IMG/VR virus record: IMGVR_UViG_3300050143_000043
Coordinates: 1-31,325 of that record
Direction: 5' to 3' (one strand)
Length of the DNA stretch: 31,325 bases
From: a virus
Taxonomy: Duplodnaviria; Caudoviricetes
A program made the translations under genes and the position numbers. The notes below the pieces were generated by a model. That model was not told where the DNA came from. It saw only the letters and a list, made by a program, of their open reading frames with translations, and made no database searches. Numbering within the stretch: the first letter of the stretch is position 1; each line of letters begins with the position of its first letter. Below are positions 1 to 6,948 of the stretch, one piece after another.

Positions 1-3
1 TGG

Positions 4-231
4 TCACCACGTCAGGTTATCCAGCACCTGCTGGGGGTCGATGTTCAGCTTCTTGCCCTGCGACTGCTCGCGGGCTTCGATGCACTTCGTGATGGCACCC
101 AGCAGGCCGTGCTTTTGGGCGCTGTACTTGCGGGCCACCATGCGTTTGCCCTTGCGCCAGTTCGTGCACACGTACAGGTGCAACTCGCCCGACTTCATGG
201 GCATCCAGTAGGCGTTGATCGAGTGGCTCAT
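4..231 (-). CDS. Small hypothetical protein, possibly with an AP2-like DNA-binding fold
   Basis: 75 aa; ATGA overlap with the upstream gene; RKYSAQKHGLLGAITKCIEAR resembles the phage AP2-domain pattern. Confidence 0.55.
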   Translation of the reverse strand: MSHSINAYWMPMKSGELHLYVCTNWRKGKRMVARKYSAQKHGLLGAITKCIEAREQSQGKKLNIDPQQVLDNLTW

Positions 232-1016
232 TCGGCTTCACCTCCCGGGCTTTCGCCGCAGCCGTCGCTGAAGTCGCCCAGGTGCTGCTCTTCGCGGTCG
301 ATGAGCTCGCGTGCCTTGCGGACAGCGAAGCGGTGGGCGAGCTCGGGGCGGCTGAGCATGGTGGTGGGCTGAATCACAGCCCGAATCTCTGCATCCAATT
401 TGTCGCGGTAGGGCGAAGCAGGTAGGCAGCAGAGCAATGTCTCGATGGCGGGTGGGAGTTCTCCTTGCCCGACCATTTTCCCGGCGTCAGGAAAATGGTG
501 CTCGGCGCTCTCGGCCCCTTCGCTGAAGTGGATGGGCATGCCTAAGGCTGTCGCGATTGAGTGCTCAAGGCGGGCGCCCTTCGACTTAGTCCAGCCGGGC
601 AGCATGTGGATGGCTTCGCAAGTCGCCAAGCCTGCAATGTCGTGGCGCAAGTAGTCGCCCCAATCAGCACCCTCGACAATGCCGTGGTCTGCTGGGTTCA
701 GCACTGTCCAGCCTTCAGCCCGCAGCGCGTCAGCTTTGGCATTGAAGGCGGGGAAGTTGAAATGCTCAATGCCCGTCATCGGCCCAGCCACATAAATGCG
801 GCGCTCACGCGAAGCCGACAAGCGCACGGGCGCATTCTCAGACCAGGGTTGCCAGCCTTTCACAGGATCAGACTCAGCCACGAACCGGAGCAACCGCTCA
901 GCCTCAGCCATGGCCTTTTGGTACTCGGCCTCGCTTGGGCGGTCGCCTTCAATCTCGCAGTCCATGGCCGCGCACACGGTGTGCAGGCGCTCCAGTGCTG
1001 TGCGTAGGGTGGTCAT
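228..1016 (-). CDS. DUF4406-like (nucleoside 2-deoxyribosyltransferase-like fold) phage protein
   Basis: Motifs IYVAGPMTG..FNFPAF, VLNPA and MLPGWTKSKGARLE; ATG at 1016 overlaps the upstream stop (ATGA). Confidence 0.8.
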   Translation of the reverse strand: MTTLRTALERLHTVCAAMDCEIEGDRPSEAEYQKAMAEAERLLRFVAESDPVKGWQPWSENAPVRLSASRERRIYVAGPMTGIEHFNFPAFNAKADALRAEGWTVLNPADHGIVEGADWGDYLRHDIAGLATCEAIHMLPGWTKSKGARLEHSIATALGMPIHFSEGAESAEHHFPDAGKMVGQGELPPAIETLLCCLPASPYRDKLDAEIRAVIQPTTMLSRPELAHRFAVRKARELIDREEQHLGDFSDGCGESPGGEAE

Positions 1017-1351
1017 GCAAAAAGCTCCATGGTTTGAGGTGCGCCACCGCTCTGGCGGCGCTTTGCGCTGGCTCGCAGTTCGGCCAGCCACGTGCGGTGG
1101 TCGTTGAGGTTGGCGGCCTCGATGCTGGCGCGCAGCTGGGGCATCAACAGGTGCACAAAGGCGCCGGACGCTACGAAGGGCCACCACCAGGCCCCGTTGT
1201 GCGGGCGGTGCATCACGTTGCACTCGGCGGCCACCTTCCAGCGGCCAATGAGTCGGGCACGCTCGGCCAGGATGTCGACGCCCTGGGTGTTGCGGCGCTC
1301 GCGGCGCATGCGCTGCACGGCTCGGGCTTTGTCGGTCTCGAAGTAATTCAC
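1013..1351 (-). CDS. Hypothetical phage protein
   Basis: GTG at 1351 overlaps the upstream stop (GTGA) and its own stop overlaps the next ATG; 112 aa. Confidence 0.6.
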   Translation of the reverse strand: MNYFETDKARAVQRMRRERRNTQGVDILAERARLIGRWKVAAECNVMHRPHNGAWWWPFVASGAFVHLLMPQLRASIEAANLNDHRTWLAELRASAKRRQSGGAPQTMELFA

Positions 1352-1620
1352 GCTGGGTCTCCCATCAGCAGTTCGCGCTGCACCGGTGCGGCCGACACGG
1401 CACGCAGACCCACTTGCCAGAGCACCGGGCCAGTGATGCACACCGGCACGTTGACGCTCAGGGTGCGATGGCCATGGCGCAGCGTCAGGATCACGCTGGT
1501 GTACATGTGCTGCTGGCTGGTGACGATCCACGACTTGCGGCGGGCCAAGGTGGCGCCCACGGCAATCGCCTGCATGTTGCGCTCGAAGCGCTCGCGGGTG
1601 CGGACTCCGGCGCCGGTCAT
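1348..1620 (-). CDS. Hypothetical phage protein
   Basis: ATG at 1620 overlaps the methyltransferase stop (ATGA); 90 aa. Confidence 0.6.
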   Translation of the reverse strand: MTGAGVRTRERFERNMQAIAVGATLARRKSWIVTSQQHMYTSVILTLRHGHRTLSVNVPVCITGPVLWQVGLRAVSAAPVQRELLMGDPA

Positions 1621-3350
1621 GCTGCGATCTCCTGAGCCCACTGCTCGCGGTAGTTGGCCGCCACGATTCGATGCATGGGCAAGGGGCTCACGCTGTTGCC
1701 GCACATGTGGACCTGTGCCGTTTTCGTCAGCAACTTACCTGCGGCGGTTCGGTCAATGATGTATGTCGCTGGGAAGTCCTGGGCGTTGTAAAGCTCACGC
1801 GGCACAAGCATGCGCAGTGTGATGTCAACGATGACCCAGGGCTCTCCACGCAGCCAAACTGTGACCAGTGCAAGGCGGTCATGTGTGGTCACCGTGGTCG
1901 CTGGGTCGCGCAGGTCGGCCCACTGGCCTCCGGTGCCGTGGTAGCGCATGAGGAACGCAGCGCAGCGTAAAGCGCCAGCTTCCTGATCCCTGCTTAGTTT
2001 GACCTCGACCATTTGCTGCTGGCTGCCGCTAGTGGTCACGGTGCTCATGGGCTGGCGCAGGTCTCGCGCCGGCGTGGTGTTGAACCCTCCGTTGGCCTGC
2101 ACCATGAATGCAGTTGCCAGCGACTGGCCGCCACCGCTAGCTGTGATCGTGCCCACCGGTCCGTTGATGTCGTTCACGCCGTGGCTGCGGCGCTTGGTCG
2201 AACCCTTGCCCTCGCCGTGCCCGGCCTGCACCAAATAGGCCGATGCCAGTGCGTGCTTGATGCCACCCGCCACCACGGTGCCCAGGGGTGCGCCCAGATC
2301 CAGCGCTCTCGCGGCCTGGCCCTCTCGCTCTCCATAGCCAACCTGCACGAGTGTGGGTGAAACCAAGGCGTGATGTGTGCCGCCGGCGATGACCGTACTC
2401 AAGGGGTCATTGATGCTGTGGACACTCTTGTGGGCGGGGCTGGTGCCGCGAAGCGGTGCAATGAAGGGCTCGGCAGCGTCCAGCACATAGCGTTTCAGGC
2501 CGACCGCGATCCGTTTCATCGTTGCTTCAGCAAGCGGGCGAGGTCGGTCGAAAATGCTGCGCCCTTCAATGCTCCAGTCGATGCACTCGTGCGCTGGGCG
2601 CCATGCTTGCTGCCCCTTTTTTGGTCGCTTGGCGTGTGTCTGCTGAGGCCAGACCACCGGCTGACCATCGAAGCGAGCCACAACATAGAGGCGTTCTCGC
2701 GTGCTGTGGGCACCCATGTCTGCATTGCAGATCACACACCACTCGATGGAGGTGGCCCCCATGGCTCGTAAGCCCTCGACGAAGTGCGTCCAGTTGCGGC
2801 CCGTGCGCTTTGGGCATGGAACCAGCCACTGGTCATGTACTGGGACTCGCTCACCAGGTCGTGCCACACGGTTCTTGCCGGTGGTCGGGTCGATTTCTAG
2901 CGTGAGCACGCGGCGGGTGTCGGGGCAACGCTTGGCAACCAAAGGTGCCCAAAGAAGCATTTGTTTGACGTTCTCCAGCGTGACAACACGGGGCTTTGTC
3001 TTGCCAACCCACTTGTGCACCGCCCAGGCCAGACTGCGGATGGCTCGACTGCGAGGCTGGCCCCCAAGGGCTTGGCTGTGGTGCGTGCAATCTGGGCTGG
3101 CGTGCAGCAAACCGACGAGCTGACCGCCTGTGGCCTCCAGTGGGTCAACCTCAAACACGTCGCTGCAGAAGTGCTTGGTCTGCGGGTGGTTCATCTCATG
3201 CATGCCAACTGCATCTGGGTTGTGGTTGACTGCAATGTCCACATGCCGGCCGATGGCCTGCTCGATGCCGGTGGAGGCACCGCCGCCACCCGCGAAGAGA
3301 TCGACCACCAGCTCATGGTGCAAGGGAAGTGCAAATTGAGGGGTCAGCAT
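1617..3350 (-). CDS. DNA (cytosine-5)-methyltransferase, phage orphan type
   Basis: Motif I VDLFAGGGG, catalytic SPDC, ENV, RERLY and C-terminal CGNSVSP; ATG at 3350 overlaps the RT stop (ATGCTGA). Confidence 0.93.
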   Translation of the reverse strand: MLTPQFALPLHHELVVDLFAGGGGASTGIEQAIGRHVDIAVNHNPDAVGMHEMNHPQTKHFCSDVFEVDPLEATGGQLVGLLHASPDCTHHSQALGGQPRSRAIRSLAWAVHKWVGKTKPRVVTLENVKQMLLWAPLVAKRCPDTRRVLTLEIDPTTGKNRVARPGERVPVHDQWLVPCPKRTGRNWTHFVEGLRAMGATSIEWCVICNADMGAHSTRERLYVVARFDGQPVVWPQQTHAKRPKKGQQAWRPAHECIDWSIEGRSIFDRPRPLAEATMKRIAVGLKRYVLDAAEPFIAPLRGTSPAHKSVHSINDPLSTVIAGGTHHALVSPTLVQVGYGEREGQAARALDLGAPLGTVVAGGIKHALASAYLVQAGHGEGKGSTKRRSHGVNDINGPVGTITASGGGQSLATAFMVQANGGFNTTPARDLRQPMSTVTTSGSQQQMVEVKLSRDQEAGALRCAAFLMRYHGTGGQWADLRDPATTVTTHDRLALVTVWLRGEPWVIVDITLRMLVPRELYNAQDFPATYIIDRTAAGKLLTKTAQVHMCGNSVSPLPMHRIVAANYREQWAQEIAA

Positions 3351-4696
3351 TTCGTAGCCTTTCGGTAGATCTTGGTCAGGTCGCCCTTCACGCTGTGCCC
3401 GCGCGCCATGAGGGCGTTGGCCAGGTGTGAGCGGTCTTTGTGGCTGTGGCTGGCTTGGCGCAGCAGGCCCATGTAGCTGTTGCCCGCTTCGAAGACCTCG
3501 TCGTCTGGCATGTCCTCGATGCGCTGCATGGCAACGCGCAGGGTGCGCGGCCTGGTCGTACGCCGCCATGGCTTGATGACGTGGCCGACAAAGTCAATGC
3601 CGCGCTCGACGGGCTGCAGGATGGTCTTGCGTGGGTTGAGCCGCACGCCCAGGGTTGAGGGCAGGAAGGCGTCAATGTCAGCCAGCGCAGCGTTCAGGCG
3701 CTGGGGTGACTGGTCCAGCAGGATGAAGTCGTCGACGTAGCGCACGTAGTGGCGGATACGAAGCACGTGCTTCACACGCTGGTCGAGGTCATCCAATAAG
3801 ACGTTGGCGAAGAATTGCGACGACAGGTTGCCGATGGGTAGCCCCGTGTCGGCTGGCGCGTTGAACAGACGCTTGTGCTCGGGCACCAGCGCCAATAGCT
3901 CAGGCGCGCTGCGCACCTCAACATCAGTGCGAGGATCATGGAACAGGATGGTCTCGGCCAGGGCCATCCACCATGGCTCATGGATGCGCCGCGCCAGCTG
4001 GTGGCGCAGGATGGCCTTGCGGATCGAAACAAAGAAGTTGGACAGGTCCAGTTTCAGGTAGTGCGCGGGCACTGACCAGTTTTGCGTGATGGACCTGACA
4101 TGGCTCTCCAGGCGCTTGGCACCATAGAGCGTGCCGCGACCAGGGATGCATGCGCAGGTGTCGGCGGTGAAGCCGGCGTAGAAGCGGGCCGCGACGCGGT
4201 TGCACAGCAGATGGTGCACGATGCGATCGCGAAAGCCTGACGCCCAGACTTCGCGTGGCTTGGGGTGCGTGACCACGAAGCAGATTGAGCGACCTGGTGC
4301 CCAGGTGCCCTCCACCAGGTCGTCGTACAGGCGGCGCAGGTTGCGCTCAAGGTTGGCCTCAAAGGCCAGGGCGCTGTTGCTGTTGCGCTTGGTGCGGCGG
4401 CAATCGAAATAGGCCTGCACCAGCTCAGCGAATGAAAGATCAGCAGCAGCGTATCCATCTGCGGACGGCTCGGGCGCGGAACTCGTTGTTCTTGTTGTTG
4501 TTGTTCTGGTTGCCGTTGTTGAAGTTCTGATACCAGGCCCAGCCGGAGACATCGAGCGATCTACATCGCCCACCCGATTGCTCAGGTGGGAAACTGCGCC
4601 AGACCGTGCAGGCGCGCTGCCTGTGGTGTCCGTGGTGCGCGTGGCGGTGGCCTTGTGGGCCAGCGGCTCGACCAGATTGAAAGAACGCTCAGTCAT
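3344..4696 (-). CDS. DGR reverse transcriptase (Brt-like); start codon uncertain
   Basis: FRDRIVHH, YLKLDLSNFF, GLPIGNLSSQFFAN (the DGR-type SQ motif) and YVRYVDDFILL; no intron maturase or endonuclease extension; adjacent to TR and avd. The ATG at 4696 overlaps the avd stop; the RT-like sequence begins near 4440. Confidence 0.95.
   Translation of the reverse strand: MTERSFNLVEPLAHKATATRTTDTTGSAPARSGAVSHLSNRVGDVDRSMSPAGPGIRTSTTATRTTTTRTTSSAPEPSADGYAAADLSFAELVQAYFDCRRTKRNSNSALAFEANLERNLRRLYDDLVEGTWAPGRSICFVVTHPKPREVWASGFRDRIVHHLLCNRVAARFYAGFTADTCACIPGRGTLYGAKRLESHVRSITQNWSVPAHYLKLDLSNFFVSIRKAILRHQLARRIHEPWWMALAETILFHDPRTDVEVRSAPELLALVPEHKRLFNAPADTGLPIGNLSSQFFANVLLDDLDQRVKHVLRIRHYVRYVDDFILLDQSPQRLNAALADIDAFLPSTLGVRLNPRKTILQPVERGIDFVGHVIKPWRRTTRPRTLRVAMQRIEDMPDDEVFEAGNSYMGLLRQASHSHKDRSHLANALMARGHSVKGDLTKIYRKATKC
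4457..4550 (-). repeat. DGR template repeat (TR), 94 bp
   Basis: Minus strand reads GTC TCC GGC TGG GCC TGG TAT CAG AAC TTC AAC AAC GGC AAC CAG AAC AAC AAC AAC AAG AAC AAC GAG TTC CGC GCC CGA GCC GTC CGC AGA T: ten AAC codons, aligning without gaps to both VRs. Confidence 0.97.
4569..4590 (-). other. RNA hairpin 5' of TR (candidate DGR RNA element)
   Basis: Minus strand CCCACCUGA-GCAA-UCGGGUGGG: 9-bp stem with one U-G pair and a GNRA tetraloop. Confidence 0.65.
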
Positions 4697-5063
4697 GGCG
4701 GCCTTGGCCTCCATGAAGCGGGCGCGTAACGCTGCGGCGCCACCCGTTGGTCTGCTTGCCGATGCTGGTGCTCAGCTCGATGGCCCGCGCATAGGCTGGC
4801 TTCGAGATCAGGCGCTTGTCCATGGCGAGGCGGATCATCAGCTCAGCGACTTGCAGCCGCTCAAGCAGGTCCATCAAGTGCGGCGCCTTGTCTTGTGCGA
4901 CGTTGGCCCGAAACACCGCGATGGTGATCTCGATGCACTCGTTGGTGATCTTCTCGCCGATGGAGCGCTTGAAGTCCCGTGGCATGTTCTTCACGAAGTC
5001 CGTGGAGACATCCAGCAGATCATAGGCAGCCTTGTAAATCGGCAGTTGGGTGTGGGTGGCCAT
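4689..5063 (-). CDS. avd: DGR accessory variability determinant (Avd-like four-helix bundle)
   Basis: 124 aa, helical and basic; LPIYKAAYDL, MPRDFKRSIG and SIGKQTNGW motifs; lies between target and TR. Confidence 0.9.
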   Translation of the reverse strand: MATHTQLPIYKAAYDLLDVSTDFVKNMPRDFKRSIGEKITNECIEITIAVFRANVAQDKAPHLMDLLERLQVAELMIRLAMDKRLISKPAYARAIELSTSIGKQTNGWRRSVTRPLHGGQGRHD

Positions 5064-5081
5064 GCTGATCAAATGACTGAA

Positions 5082-5540
5082 TTACTCAATGACCAATCTG
5101 CGGACGGCTCGGGCGCGGAACTCGCCGTACTTGAAGTCGTAGTACTGGCCGCCGTAGCCGAAGTCCTGAAACCAGGCCCAGCCGGAGTTGGTCTCGTGCT
5201 GCTGGCCAGACCAGTAATAGGCGCACTCAAACTCGCCCTTAAGGTTCGCGAAGAGCAGGGACTGCTCGGCCCGGGTGGGCAGCGTGCCGCCCTGCTTCTC
5301 GGCCCATTCAACAGCCTGTTGCCACGTCTGGTCTTCAACATCACCGGGCAGCAGCACCAGGTGGTGAGTGGGCTTGCCGTCGGCACCCAGGATCAAGCCC
5401 GCGTAGCGCTCGCCCTGGGCCAGTTCGATCTGAGCCGTTGGGATGCTGAGCGTGGTGGGCAGTGCGGCCTTGAAGGCCTCGATCATCTTGGCCAGCTGGG
5501 TGTGCTGAGCTTCGATCTGTTCAAGCGTCACTGTGGACAT
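5082..5540 (-). CDS. DGR target protein 1, DUF1566/C-type-lectin-like fold with C-terminal VR
   Basis: 152 aa; TWQQAVEWA, LPTRAEQSLL, YYWS, AWFQDF and RARAVRR pattern; carries VR1; GAGG RBS upstream. Confidence 0.92.
   Translation of the reverse strand: MSTVTLEQIEAQHTQLAKMIEAFKAALPTTLSIPTAQIELAQGERYAGLILGADGKPTHHLVLLPGDVEDQTWQQAVEWAEKQGGTLPTRAEQSLLFANLKGEFECAYYWSGQQHETNSGWAWFQDFGYGGQYYDFKYGEFRARAVRRLVIE
5096..5187 (-). repeat. DGR variable repeat VR1
   Basis: 92 bp collinear with TR 4457-4548; 15 mismatches, all at TR adenines (8 A>G, 7 A>T). Confidence 0.97.
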
Positions 5541-5569
5541 GTGTGCACCTCAATTAAATGGATGAATGA

Positions 5570-5929
5570 TCAAATGGGCAATCTGCGGACGGCTCGGGCG
5601 CGGAACTCGTTGGTCTTGGTGCTGCCGTGCTGGTAGCCGTAGTTGAAGTCCTGATACCAGGCCCAGCCGGAGACGCGGTGGTGGGTCTCGTTGCTCCAGT
5701 ACCAGTCCTGTTTGAACTGGTCGCGGTGGTTGGCCCACAGCAGGGCCTGCTCGACGCGTGTGGGCAGGTCGCCACCGATGCTCTTGGCCCAGTCCATCTG
5801 GGACTGCCAGGTGGCGTCGTCGTTGTCGCCGGGCAGCAGGATCACGTGGTGGCCTTCGCCCTTGTGGTCGCTGATGAAGCCGATGTAGGTCTCGCCCTCG
5901 TTCAGAGGGGGTTTTTCGAGTGCTTGCAT
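5570..5929 (-). CDS. DGR target protein 2, DUF1566/C-type-lectin-like fold with C-terminal VR
   Basis: 119 aa from ATG 5929 (AAGGA RBS); paralogous to target 1 (HVILLPGD, LPTRVEQALL, WYWS, RARAVRR); carries VR2. Confidence 0.92.
   Translation of the reverse strand: MQALEKPPLNEGETYIGFISDHKGEGHHVILLPGDNDDATWQSQMDWAKSIGGDLPTRVEQALLWANHRDQFKQDWYWSNETHHRVSGWAWYQDFNYGYQHGSTKTNEFRARAVRRLPI
5581..5674 (-). repeat. DGR variable repeat VR2
   Basis: 94 bp collinear with TR; 9 mismatches, all at TR adenines (4 A>G, 2 A>T, 3 A>C). Confidence 0.97.
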
Positions 5930-6048
5930 GTCTGGTCCTTTTGGTTGGGTTGGTGGCGCTTTGCCAGTCACTTGGGATAGGCGCCCTCGCTCGCGATCAC
6001 CACTCAGGCGTTGACAGTGGCCGTGCTGGGCCCCTGGGTGGGAGTGGT

Positions 6049-6759
6049 TCAGTCAGCCGCGCCGCCGTCGCCGGTCGACAAGCTGGGGTCATCGCCCTCG
6101 GCCAGAGCCTTGGCAGCCTCCCAGCCAGCAGTCCAGCGGGCCACCAACTCGTGGCGCATCACCGGGCAGTCGCTCTTGGGCTTGTCTTCCAGATAGGCCT
6201 GGTAGCCCTGTTCGTAGGCCTGCTCCAGTTCGGAATCAAGCGGGCCATCACCCAGCGACAAGATGCGCGCATCGCTCACGTCATCGCCTGGGCCGGGCTC
6301 CATGCCCTTGCCGTCGCCGTTCGGGTCGTACTCGTGGCCCAGGTCCATGGCGCGCTGGTCGTCTTCGCCGCGCACGGCAGCGACTTCGCCCATGTGGGCC
6401 TCGGCGTCGGCCAGGGCGATCAACACCGTCTTGCCCTGGCAGTCAATCAGGCCATGGCGGTTCGGGTCGTTCTTCGACATCGACAGCACCGCCTTGATGC
6501 CGTCCTTCACGGTGATCTGCTCCAACTCGGCCACCACGGTCACGCGGCCATCGCTGGCGATCAGGTGGGTGGCCATCTGCACGCAGGTGGTCACGCGCTT
6601 ACGCAGACGCTCGATCACATCGTCCTGCTTGTTTTTTGCCAGCTTGGGCCACACGTCGGGCAGCAGCTTGATCTCTTGCACGAGGGCCTGCAGCAGGTCC
6701 ACGCCAATGGTGTTGGCCGTCATGGCCAGGGTGTTCTTTTCGGGGTCTTGCTTGCTCAT
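6049..6759 (-). CDS. Phage protein with a C-terminal ribosome modulation factor (Rmf)-like motif
   Basis: 236 aa; LEQAYEQGYQA..CP..RWTAGWEAA parallels the Rmf pattern LERA..RGYQAG..CPY..WLGGW. Confidence 0.75.
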   Translation of the reverse strand: MSKQDPEKNTLAMTANTIGVDLLQALVQEIKLLPDVWPKLAKNKQDDVIERLRKRVTTCVQMATHLIASDGRVTVVAELEQITVKDGIKAVLSMSKNDPNRHGLIDCQGKTVLIALADAEAHMGEVAAVRGEDDQRAMDLGHEYDPNGDGKGMEPGPGDDVSDARILSLGDGPLDSELEQAYEQGYQAYLEDKPKSDCPVMRHELVARWTAGWEAAKALAEGDDPSLSTGDGGAAD

Positions 6760-6948
6760 TGCTTGGTCCTGGGTGAAAAGTGGTGGGGTGTATGTGACCG
6801 CCCGGCGCGACTCGGGCTATTGAGGCCTACCAACCAACGACGGTTGAAAAGGAGAAAAGTGCCTGCCTCTCACAGGGCTTCCTGCGGTCGAAACTGGTGG
6901 GCGGTGTTGCATCCCCCGGGAACCCCCAGAGGCACCGCCCGGAAGGGG

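Larger units (their letters stand above)
3344..5929 (-). mobile_element. Diversity-generating retroelement cassette: target2(VR2) - target1(VR1) - avd - TR - RT
   Basis: All canonical components are present in the BPP-1-like order; TR/VR mismatches occur only at adenines. Confidence 0.97.

Noticed and set aside
3351-3569. N-terminal extension of the methyltransferase ORF into the RT
   Set aside because: ATG 3350 gives a typical short overlap and sits just before motif I; the extension is an off-frame reading of RT.
4485-4526. GTT/AAC run as a microsatellite or low-complexity artefact
   Set aside because: It aligns codon for codon with two VRs, with adenine-only differences; it is the DGR template.
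3344-4696. RT as a group II intron, retron or Abi-type RT
   Set aside because: It has the GNLSSQ motif, no maturase/endonuclease tail, no retron VTG motif, and avd plus TR/VR pairs are adjacent.
4578-5636. 352-aa plus-strand ORF across the DGR
   Set aside because: Antisense to avd and the targets; no motif or RBS support.
4457-5674. Three similar ~93-bp sequences as a CRISPR array
   Set aside because: The repeats are too long, separated by whole genes, two are protein-coding, and no cas genes are present.
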